Source of the DNA: Balamuthia mandrillaris
Taxonomy: Eukaryota
Length of the DNA stretch: 47,076 nt
Direction of reading: 5' to 3'
NCBI GenBank assembly: GCA_031835245.2
Contig: JAVKOQ020000104.1
Coordinates: 124,001 to 171,076, forward strand
Shown: piece after piece, positions 28,153 through 38,538 of the stretch
Layout: every line of letters starts with the position of its first letter
Numbering within the stretch: the stretch's first letter is position 1
The notes under the pieces: generated by a model
What the model was told of the DNA's origin: nothing
What the model saw: only the letters and a program-made list of their open reading frames with translations
The model's database searches: none
Made by a program: the position numbers and the translations under genes

Positions 28153-29118
28153 CTACTTTTTTCTTTCACGCTTCCACTTGTAGACGGCCGGTTTGCCTTC
28201 CTCTTTGTTCTCCTCTGAAACACGCTTCCGTTTGCCCTTTCCCATCAAGTTCCTTTGCAGCTGAACTTCGGCGATCAGCTGGTCGATGGCCTCAATACGC
28301 AGCAACCTCTGCTCCAACTCCTTGTACTGACGCTTCTTTTCCTTGCTAAGCTTTTTGCTGTGGGCCTCTCCTTTGTTGGCGCTGATGACAAGCTCCTCCT
28401 TTTCGAGCTGCTCTTTGGTGGGTCGGTTGAACGAGCGGTCGACCAGCTCGGGAAGGGTATTGAAGTACTTTTCGGGAGAGAACTCAGCTGCTTCCTGCTC
28501 CGAGTCCACAAAGACGGTGTGCTTGTTCTTTGGCTTTTCGTCCAAGAGATGCAGCGCCGCTTGCAGCCGTTCTACTTTCTGTTCCAGAATTGTCTGTGAG
28601 GAGAAGAGAGAGCAGAAAGGAGAAGAAGGAGAGGAGAAAGGAGAGGGGGAAAAAAAGGTACATTGAGTTCGGTTTGTCGGGCGGCAGTCAAGTAAGCGAC
28701 GTCTTGAGTGCGCATGGTGGCGAGGGCCTCCGCAGAGTGCTTCTTCCCCTTTCTCGTCGCTTTGTGCACTCCATCCTAAGAGAAGAAACAATCGTTGAAT
28801 AAAAAGGAGGTGAGAAAAGCAGCAGAGCAGAAAGCAGAAGAAAAGACAGAAAAACGGTGCGCCTCATCCCAACAGATTTTTTGCAAAACGTACCTCAGTG
28901 TGAGTGGAAACCATTTTGAAGTAGAACTCATCAGGGTTACGGAAGGCGGCCTTCTCCCGCAACGCCTTCAACCGCTTTTGCTTAAACTTGTAGTCATCCG
29001 CTCGGAGCTTGTAGTCCTTGTGTTTTTCCAACAAGCCGAGCCTCTGTCTCTCCTTGGGCTGCGAGCGCTCCTTATGGGTCCTCCGCAAGGACTTGGTGGC
29101 TTTGTTCCAGGACGACAT
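28153..29118 (-). CDS. UTP11: U3 snoRNA-associated protein 11, multi-exon
   Basis: MSSW...[40 protein letters not shown]-terminal [10 protein letters not shown]. Confidence 0.95.
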
Positions 29119-29331
29119 CTCTCCTCCTCCTTTTCTTTCTTCTCGCTCCCTCGCTCGCTCTTTTGCTATTCTTTTTCTTTCTTTCTTTTCCCCCCCTTTT
29201 TTTTGTACTTTCGTGTCGTCTCGAGAAACCTTCGTGATAGAGGAGTCAATTTTACGCACTTGAAATTTTTTGTGGGGAGGAGGGAATGAAACCACTCAGC
29301 CCATTCCTTGTTGTAACGTTTTTTGTTTTGT

Positions 29332-30621
29332 TTATAGGACAGCTTTCTGGAGAGGATGGCCTCCCTGGGCACCGCAACCGGCTTCACGAAGAAAACGCTC
29401 GGCCAACTTGTGGCCGCTCACGTACGCTCCCTCCACACGGTTGCCATTCACCCAATCGCCACAACAACCCAACAGCCCTCTTCTGCCATCAAAGAGAAAG
29501 CCCTCCTGTCCGTCCAAAGGAGGATCAGCGCGAGCATAGCGCCAGCGATGAGCGGATTTGACGGATGGCTCAGGTTCTCTTTGCGCTTGTTCCAAGATGC
29601 CAGCACCACGCATGAGCTCTATGAATGCATGATGGAGCACTTGAGACACGCTCTCAGGAGAGTCCTCCATGTGGACTTCTGACCACTCAGGAGAAGCATG
29701 CAGGACCCATGTTTCTTCTGCTTCTTCTCCTCCTTGCTCTTTCTTTCGTTGTGGTTTGCTGCTGTTTCTGCTAATCCATCCCAACGGAGAAGCTTTCACG
29801 TTCACAAAGTAGCCATCGTAGATGTTTGAGGAAGGTGACGATATGGATGAGGAGAAGCCCAGCATTACGGCCCACGTGCCGACCATTCGGACTTGTGATA
29901 CCACTCCCTTCATCTCGGTCGGTGCGTCCTCCAACAGAGGCAACGCTTGGGGTGAGGGCGTCGAGATGACCACCCCTTCAAAGCAACCCAACTCATTTCC
30001 TTTATCATCCACCAACCGCCATACTCCTCCTTTCTTTCTCTCTTCTGCTGTTGCTTCCTCCTCCTCCCCTTTCTTTTCTGTTGATGATGAAGGCGGAAGC
30101 CAAGTGACAGAAGCTACCAAGCGATCCAAGTGTGTGCACTCACGGAGAGGTTCACTTAGCCACCACGTGAAGCTGCTCATGCCAGGCACGCCCACATATC
30201 TGCTTGGCTGAGCGTCCGCGTGCTTGGAGAGCACATGATAGGTGTTGATATGTGCTTCCTTCTCCTCTTGCTCCTCGATGGCAGCAAAGCGGCCATGCCA
30301 CTCTTGGACAAAACCGGCCTCCATGGCCTGTCGTGTAGCCTCCACAAAAATGGGGTCTTTGCAAGTAAAGTACTGAGCTCCATGATCAAAGTGGAAGCGC
30401 GAACCTGAACAGGTCAAAGTACCAATGGGGCGGTGAGCTAGGAAAGAAGTAGAAGAAGAGCAAGGACCAGAACCTTCGCCCAAGCGCTTGGTGCTCACCC
30501 GTCCACCAGCAGCACGTTTGGCTTTGTCAAAGAGCGTGATGCGCCAGCCAGCGGCGAGCAGCCTCCTGGCGCAGGCCAAACCAGAAACACCAGCACCCAC
30601 CACCGCCACTTCTCTCATCAT
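29332..30621 (-). CDS. Renalase-like FAD/NAD(P)-dependent oxidoreductase
   Basis: VAVVGAGVSGL Rossmann motif, GGRVSTKR, FDHGAQYFT, RYVGVPGM, WVLHASPEWS, AHRWRYA, CGDW..G.RVEGAYVSG; one probable in-frame intron at ~30406-30474. Confidence 0.9.
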   Translation of the reverse strand: MMREVAVVGAGVSGLACARRLLAAGWRITLFDKAKRAAGGRVSTKRLGEGSGPCSSSTSFLAHRPIGTLTCSGSRFHFDHGAQYFTCKDPIFVEATRQAMEAGFVQEWHGRFAAIEEQEEKEAHINTYHVLSKHADAQPSRYVGVPGMSSFTWWLSEPLRECTHLDRLVASVTWLPPSSSTEKKGEEEEATAEERKKGGVWRLVDDKGNELGCFEGVVISTPSPQALPLLEDAPTEMKGVVSQVRMVGTWAVMLGFSSSISSPSSNIYDGYFVNVKASPLGWISRNSSKPQRKKEQGGEEAEETWVLHASPEWSEVHMEDSPESVSQVLHHAFIELMRGAGILEQAQREPEPSVKSAHRWRYARADPPLDGQEGFLFDGRRGLLGCCGDWVNGNRVEGAYVSGHKLAERFLREAGCGAQGGHPLQKAVL

Positions 30622-30733
30622 GCTGAGGAGCTGGTAAAGAGCTCTTTCTTTTGTCTGAAAGGCAAAAAACGCAGGAACAGAGCTCCATGTCGACAACAAT
30701 TCATAGCTCCACTTTATCTACAAGTGCCTCTCC

Positions 30734-30797
30734 ATTCCTATAGCTCAGGTGGTAGCATCACACTGAAGATCTGAAGGTCCATTCCCAGCCAGGGACA
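30734..30797 (+). pseudogene. Degenerate tRNA-Phe(GAA) pseudogene
   Basis: CCTATAGCTCAGGTGGTAG..CACTGAAGATCTGAAGGTC..CCCAGCCAGGGACA aligns to the tRNA at 27-99, with deletions in the D- and T-arms and CG>CA changes; a T-run follows. Confidence 0.8.
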
Positions 30798-33481
30798 AGA
30801 TCTTCTTTTTCAAACTTGATAGAACAAAACTTTTTTTTGCCTCTGGTTGACTTGTTTTGTTTGGTTATGTCAGCAATTATTTACATTTATGTAAGACTCT
30901 ATACACATTTCTTTTTCTTATATATCTCTATTCCATTAGTCATCTACCACCATACTTAACATAGATGAACTTTGTAGTTACTACTTCTTCCAGCAGAACC
31001 TTTCTATAATTGTCAACCTCTTGGACTCCTTCATTACACTGTGGTCCAACTTGGTGTTCTTGAATAAAGCACATTTTACAGCAAATGTAGGCCAGACAAG
31101 CATTACTAGGTATATCATGTTCTTCAAATCTATGACTGCTTGTTTATCTTACATGTTGTTATTACCATTGTGGTTAATGTTGCTTTTGTTTCTTGTTGTA
31201 CTAGTGATATGTTTTGTTGTCACTGATAAGGCCGGTGAGGGAACAACCAACTGATACCAACTCGTTGTGTGCAGGGAAAGACCTTAAATAGAATGAAAGA
31301 AAGAAAAATATATACAAGGAGAGATAGGGATAGGTATTATGGGAGAGTGGTATACATCACCTTCCAATGGTCTTTTTCTTTCTTCTTGTTTGTTGCTGAG
31401 AAAAAGAAAGATAAAGAAAGAGAGTGAAAGTCCTCCCCTCTTGAGAAGAGTCCTCTTATATTATAATGGTACCATTATTGGCTAGTGAGGAAAAGTAACA
31501 TGAGAAGAGAATGTGATGAATGATATGTGTGATATGAAGCCTATTAATGTGACTAATATGGATGATACAGCATAAGAGTTGTTAATATGAATGATATGAA
31601 TGATATGACAAAAGACTAACTAATATGAATGCTAAAATAATACAGTGTGAGGTTGTATAATAAGATATGAAAAACATAAGACTATGAATAATATGTAACA
31701 AGAGGTGACTTGATGTGAAGGATTTGATTATTATTTAGTTTAGTTGCACTATGTGTTGTTTGTTTAATTTGGATATCCTCTCTAATAAACTCTCTTGACC
31801 TGGCCTCTTCAGAAACTGTCCCAACTATGTTGATGTAAATAGATACCCTTCTATCCAGCTGTCTTCAAAATGTACTTCACCTGAGGAGCACCAAGTGACT
31901 CACATATATATGAATGATATGCTTGATTATCTAGTTGTTTACCCTTGCATGAGTTCCTACTCTGTGCTTATTGTTGGCTAGGAAGCAAGATGGCCCTATG
32001 TGATTTGTGTGAACTACTGTTGATACAATATTTAATATTATCTCTTTAATCATGTTGATATTAAAGAATACCTTAGAAATTTTCAACTATTGTCTTTGAA
32101 GTTTCTTTAAGCATCAAAATGCAGAAGTCCTTTTTAATAATGAATGCAGGAATTTTTGTCTCTTAAGATCTCTGTGTTCATGCTAATCAAACAAAGTTTT
32201 GACCCCATTTGTTTATGTTATTCATCCATTTTATAGGTAAAATAAGTAACAAAATAAATATAAGAATTATCTAAACATGATCATTATCTGTACTATTGTC
32301 TTCAATTGAGCTCATTATTAAACAAAAAGAGAGCAATACCAAAAAAGAGAATAAAAAAGGTAAAAAAAGTCCAATTCAATACAAAAGAAATATTTCTATT
32401 ATTAAACACAAAGAATAAAAGTAAGATAAAGACATCAAAATAATAACCAATGTCATTTGATGCATTAAAGAATAAAAAGTGGTATGTATGTATATATGTG
32501 AATGGTGTGTGTACTCTTTGGTATGTGAACTTGAACCTAAAAGAAATGAAGTGGAACCAATTTGTAGTGAAGAAGGTTACCTTAAGAGCAAGAAATCAAG
32601 AGTTTATGAGCAAAACTAAATTCTCAATTTCTGGATTGATTCTTTGAGTTTAAACCTCAAAGGAAATAGCTAAAAACATCAAGATGGTTATTGGTGTCAA
32701 TAAGATGGATCAAAATGAGATATAATCAGACATTAACAGAAAAAGAGTTGAAGAAAAAAGAAAAAGGAAGAAAAGAAAAGTAGTAATTATGTTGGAAATT
32801 GCTAACAAGGTTTATAATAGATAAATATTTAGTGGTTAAATAGAAAGAGAAAACATAGTTTAAAACAAAAAGGTACCCTTTTCTAGAAATATAATTAAAA
32901 TGTGTAAGGATGATAACTAAAATCTCCACTGCTGTTGATCTTATCTTGCCCAATAAGTCCTGATCTAATGATTACATTAAGTAAAAATACAATAATTTGT
33001 GATCAACTGTGGCCTAGCTCTGAAGTCTCATCACCTACAACAGAAAAAGTCCCACTTTGGTACTACTTCTGTCCTACCTTCCTCATCCTCTTCTGGCAAA
33101 GCAAAGTCCTGTACTTTGTATAGCAATAAAGGCCATGACACTTCTCAGGTCTTGTCCTCAGGCATTTCCAAGCCCCTAACTCAGGAAGAAGCATATCTTC
33201 AGGCACCACATGACTAGTAACACAAGAAGACAAGAAAGTGAACAAGACCAAGAATAGGCTTTTGTTGAGAATTACTCTCAATATATCAGTTCTATTGCTC
33301 CTTTCCTTTCCTTTCCTTCTGTCGACATCTGTGACATGGACCAATCGCCTGCTGCCACATTGCTAGGCTTCTTCCTTTTATTCCATTGCTTCTTTCTCTC
33401 TTTCTTTTAGTTAGTTAGTTTTGTTTCGTTCACACCACACCTTTCCCTCTTGACACCCTTTGTTCCCTTGTTCCCTCTTTG

Positions 33482-36393
33482 CACCCAAAATTATCCAATT
33501 TCAACAAAAGGGGTCATACCGAGGGGTCAACAGTTTTTTTCAATATTTTGATTGTAGTCCAAAATGAATTAGAACTTGGTTCCACATTCATATTCATTTT
33601 GGACCACTGTATAATAGTTAAGGGAAAAAAGGAGGTGACTGTTTGTTGAAATAAACAAAAAACAAAAAACAAAAAGAAAAAAAGATGACAGAAAGTGGCC
33701 ACATGTGTCGTCATAAGGAGTGCCATAATACCACAGCTTCTGGGCACCGAGTGCTGTGCAAGACAGTGTATAGCAGAAAAAAGCAGGAAAAAAAGTTGCA
33801 AGGCCACTGCACCGATCCAGTAACATGTGCAATGTGCAAAGAGCTAGTAGGAAAGCGAACAGGAAGCAAGCAGAGCAAGGGCGATGGGATCTGTGAGCAC
33901 ACAAATAACTGCAATAGGTCATTTAGCAGTCAAAGCAATTGCTCACGCCATGAGCTTCATGCTTACCATGAAGGCTGCACAGATAAATGTCAATGCTGCA
34001 AAGATATAGAAAAAAAGGAGATTGGGAAAAAATTAAAGGAGATGTTAGAGGCAGTAAGCAGACAAGAAGTGAAAAAAAGACTACAAGAGCAGGAGGAAGA
34101 AATAAAGGGACTTACCACGCGTTTAGAGGTTTGTCATCACAAGTCCTTCATTCATGGTGATTGCTACTAACTAGTTCTATAAACAAAAGAGTATATCTTG
34201 GGATGAAATAATTGCAAAAGATCAAAGCAAGGAAGGCATGTTCATTGACAAAGCAAAGGCGCTTCTTTGTTGCTTGGCCCCACAACAGAGTTTTGGTGCT
34301 ACTATAGCAGAGATTGTGAAAGGAGAGGCGTCATTCATCTGTTTTTTACAGGAAAAGGTGGAGAAGTTGAAAGCATATTTACCACAGCCAACAATTAATG
34401 TACTTCTTGCCTACAAGGATACAGCAGTAATTTCAGATGATAAGTGGAAACATACAATGAGCATTTTTAGTCTTGATGACACCACTACTCTTTACCACCT
34501 CAAATGAAAAAAAGAAGAAATAAAAGCCACCATGGAGCCACACCAAACTGCAGGAGGTCGGGGATGGGAATATCTGTCGCTTAAATATATGGCCTGGGTC
34601 CTAGAATACAATCCACCTGCAAGTGGAGATGAAGAAAAACTATTAGTCAAGTTCTCATCCTATGACAAATCAAAAGAAGCTTTGTCACGAAGTGGGTACC
34701 TTCAGTTTTGTTTTGGAAGAACATTCTCTTGAAGTGACAAAGTCGGGGAAGAATGCCCATAAATATATTATATTCCTTGGAGATGAAGGCTAAACAGAGA
34801 TGAATGAGGAACTGAAAGAAGCAGCACTAGCAATTAATGAGCTAATAAAAGGAGCAACAATAACAGTGAAAGATAAGAAGTACCAATTCAAGCCTGTGCT
34901 TATATGTGACTTTAAGGCATTGATCGAGTTTCTTGGATTGTATTCATACTTCCATCCAAATGTGGAGTTCAAGTGTCCGTGGTGCCTTGTAACAGATAGG
35001 GAGATAGCAGACTTTGATATTAGTTGCTGGCCATTTCATGATGAGGATTTAATACAAGAGCTCGGAACCAGTGCAAAAGGCCTCTCGGAATTGAAAAAAA
35101 AGAAATTTGCATGCACTTACTATGGAATCAACAGAAAGTGACTTCTCAACTTTGATCTCAAACACACAATCCCATGCAACCTACATTCATTTATGGCAGT
35201 GATGAGGAAGCTACTTGAACTTTTAAGTGAAGATGTAGGAAAGAATACAAACCTCGAGACAAAGTGGGAAGAAGTCTTTCTGTCTTTGAAGATGAAGCTT
35301 CCAAAAAAGAACAAATGCCTCTTCACAACTGCTCAACAAATGAAGAAAGCAAAATTTGGTCGTTCAGATTACATCCATATACTTAAGGAGCGGGAGAAGT
35401 TCTTCAACACACTTGAATCTGAAATAAAAGAAGGAAGAGAAAAAAAGAGAAACAAGACAAAGTTAACAAGACTTGCAATGTCTGGAATCTTTTTGCAAAG
35501 CTTGCTGCCCTAACAATGGAGCCAAAGGTAAGCTATTGTTAAGAAAGAGGGGAGAGAGAAAGAGAAAGAGAGGAGAGAGAACGAGAAAGAGAAGAGAGAA
35601 AGAGAGAGAGGAGGGAAGGAAAAAGAGAAAAGAAAAAGACAGAAAGACAGAAAGACAGAAAGAAAAGGAGAAGGAGAAGGAGAAGGAGAAGAAGAAGGAG
35701 AAGGAGAAGGAGAAGGAGAAGGAGAAGGAGGATAAGGAGAAGGAAAACAAGAAGCAATAAAGAAAATATTAAAATAACATACCCAGTCCTCCAGCCACTG
35801 AAGAACATCATGTTTGTTGTATACCTTATACTCAATGAAGAACATTGTTTTGTTGTTTTTTTGGTGCACATGCATTGGTGCACTTAACAGAGTATACACC
35901 GCACCTTGCTCCAAACGTGCAGAGATGCCTAAAACATGTTGGATTTGTATCTTGTTGAGGATGGGCTCACTTGTACCTCTGAAAATCAATTTGTAAAGGT
36001 CTTGATCCAACAGAATCAAAAATTTCACGGGCAGTGGCCTTGGTTTATGGGAGATCAAAGGCATGAGTTTCAGGAGGAGAATCCCTTGAAAGATACGCAG
36101 AATAATGTGTGTAGGAACAATGACGAAGTCACCACAAACCAATGGAAAAGATGCGTTTGCAGGGATTGTGAAAATAAACAGTTGTTCATGGAAGCGGTTT
36201 TCATCTTTTATTTTGTGTTTTGCTGTCTCCCACTCCTTCCTTTCCTTCCCTTCCTTCCCTTCGTTCCCTTCATTCCCTTTGTTTATCTTTCTTTATGGTC
36301 TAATTTTATAGATACTCTTCAGACAAAAGAAACCAAAAATGGTAAGTTTCCACAAAGAATAAAGTCGGTAACCATGGTAATTATTTCCAAGTG
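33482..36393 (+). mobile_element. DNA transposon with CAC...GTG ends, Transib/RAG1-related (CMC/Transib-type DDE), decayed
   Basis: Boundaries are fixed by the interrupted LTR. Ends are CACCCAAAATTAT and, in reverse complement, CACTTGGAAATAAT. It contains a transposase pseudogene. Confidence 0.8.
33685..35528 (+). pseudogene. RAG1/Transib-like transposase pseudogene with Cys/His-rich N-terminus
   Basis: Ordered motifs LLVKFS / GTFSFV / IIFLGDE / YQFKPVLICDFKAL..LGL / FKCPWC / TIPCNLH. In-frame stops at 34505, 34791 and 35139, a frameshift near 34655-34665, and an intron at ~34129-34189. Confidence 0.75.
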
Positions 36394-36540
36394 AATAATA
36401 CATTTTGGCCCTGTCCATTCATGTTATTCGCCCTTTCTAACACTTTTAATGAAAGAAAAGAGCCATAATAGTGTGTGTGCATATATTACTTGTTCCTATT
36501 CCAAGAGAAAAAGAAAAAGAGAAAGATAAAAAGAAAAAAT

Positions 36541-38538
36541 TGTTGAGAATTACTCTCAACATATTAGTTCTGTTGCCCCTTTCCTTTCCTTTCCTCTCTG
36601 TCGACATCTGTGACATGGACCAATCGCCTGCTGCTACATCGCTAGGCTTCTTCCTTTTATTTCGTTGCTCCCTTCTCTCTTTCTTTTAGTTAGTTAGTTT
36701 TGTTTAGTTCACACCACACCTTCCCCTCTTGACTCCCTTTGTTCCCTAGTTTCCTCTTTGAATAATACGTTTTGGCCCTGTCCATTTGTGTTATTTGCCC
36801 TTTCTAACATTTTTTTTGACAGCCGGAACCATTATTCATGTGATTTCCCTTCAGATGTGATGGACGCCAAGAACAAGAAATCCGAGACGATTTCCTCGAC
36901 CACCTTCGAGGAGTGTTTGGAACGCCTTCAAGCCACCCTTGAGAACGCCCACGTTCATGCTGCGGAGGAGCTTGAAAAAGCCGCCATGGCATCGACCCCA
37001 GAAGAAGAAGATGAGCACCAGAAGAAGGCAGTCTTCTTCAGCAACAAAATCGACTGGCTTTTGCAAGCAATCGATGACCTTGAGAACAGGAAGATCCCTC
37101 TTTTTTCCTGCCCTCCCGTCCCTGCTTCCTCTGTTGTTCCCCCCTCTGTGACATCTAATTTGCCGTTGCAACGGACTCTTTTCAAAAAAGATTGTACGGA
37201 GGATGAGATCTTTACTACTCCCATGAAGCCCAAGTCCGCCTCTTTCTCGGCTTCCTCATTAGCGTTGGCCTCTGCCTTTGCCCCACGCCAACTGCCTCGC
37301 AACATCACTTCTTTGTCTACTTCTTCAGCCCCTTCTGTGAAGAACTGATCCTTTTCCCGAGATCTTCCCAAGTTTGACCTGGATGATCCGAAGATTTCCA
37401 ACCCGTTGACCTTTATCCATGCTCTCGAGTTCCATTTGCAGTACAACTAGCTGCCAGAACATTGGTACAAAGCCCTTATTGCAAGCATTGTCAACCCTTC
37501 TGCCAAAGCCTGGGCTCTCTTCCACCTCGATCTCCCTGGAACTCCGTGGACCTCGATCAAAGCCATTTTCTTTAACCATTTTGTTCCCTAGAGTTCTAAC
37601 TTTGTAGCTTACGAAAAGCTCTGTTACCTTCGAGCTGGCCCTACGGAGTCTGTCCTTTCTGTCAGCGAGAAAATCTTGGTGATGTATGATAAGATTATTC
37701 CGCCACCACCACCGGACTTTCTGGCCTCTACGCTGTGTAACGCGGTTAATAAGGACCTTCGACTGCGTTTGGCATCTGCTTTCGCTACCAACCTGCCCAA
37801 CGACTTCAATGAAGCTGTTGCTACTGTGATAGCTATGGAAGCAAACTTGCAGGCCATCCAACTTGCACACTCACCCCCTCCATTGCCTTCTACTACCTCA
37901 CCTCCTCCTTCTAAACCAACTTCTTCCACGTCTACTGCTGAGCAACGCACATGCTATAAATGCAAGCAACAAGGTCACCTTGCATCTTCTTGCCCCAACA
38001 AGACCAACAAGAACTCATCTGTATTTGCCCTTACTGCTTACAACGATGACAACCCTCCCAACGATCTGAATGATGATGATGATGATGATGTTGACCCTCC
38101 TGCTACTGCTATTCGCTCTGGCCCCCCTCCTGGTTCCTCTACTACTCTTTTTTATTTGCAGTGTGACGACGTTGACAGTTATTATGAGTACTGCTGTGCG
38201 ATTAATGAGCTGGTGGAAGACTCACTTGACCACGACCCCTATGGCTGACTCCAGTGGAAGAGGGAGTGATGTTGAGAATTACTCTCAACATATTAGTTCC
38301 GTTGCCCCTTTCCTTTCCTTTCCTCTCTGTCGACATCTGTGACGTGGATCAATCGCCTGCTGCCACATCGCTAGGCTTCTTCCTTTTATTTCGTTGCTTC
38401 CTTCTCTCTTTCTTTTAGTTAGTTAGTTTTGTTTAGTTCACACCACACCTTCCCCTCTTGACACCCTTTGTTCCCTTGTTCCCTCTTTGAATAATATGTT
38501 TTGGCCCCGTCCGTTCGTGTTATTCGCCCTTTCTAACA
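36541..38538 (+). mobile_element. Non-autonomous gag-only LTR retrotransposon (LTRs 36541-36809 and 38270-38538)
   Basis: Two 269-bp TG...CA LTRs with 13 differences by my alignment, polypurine tract GGAAGAGGGAG at 38256-38266, internal gag only; flanks are AAAT and AAAA. Confidence 0.93.
36860..38248 (+). pseudogene. Gag pseudogene with CCHC zinc knuckle
   Basis: One reading frame with three premature stops (TGA 37346, TAG 37448, TAG 37589); capsid-like AKAWA...WTSIKAIFFNHF and knuckle CYKCKQQGHLASSC. Confidence 0.88.

Larger units (their letters stand above)
33263..36442 (+). mobile_element. Solo LTR (33263-33481 plus 36394-36442) split by a DNA transposon; 4-bp TSD CTTT
   Basis: The two halves join into a 268-bp copy of the LTRs at 36541 and 38270. 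It has TG...CA ends, with CTTT at 33259-33262 and 36443-36446. Confidence 0.92.

Noticed and set aside
33482..33512. RSS-like heptamer plus nonamer at the transposon end (CACCCAA...ACAAAAGGG)
   Set aside because: The spacer is 15 nt, the heptamer matches only at CAC, and there is no nonamer at the other end.
35783..36142. RAG2-like gene
   Set aside because: The position is suggestive, but no kelch repeats or PHD finger are recognisable.
37346..37591. Stop-codon readthrough or an alternative genetic code in gag
   Set aside because: Host genes end in TAA, TAG and TGA normally; the stops are better explained by C>T decay.
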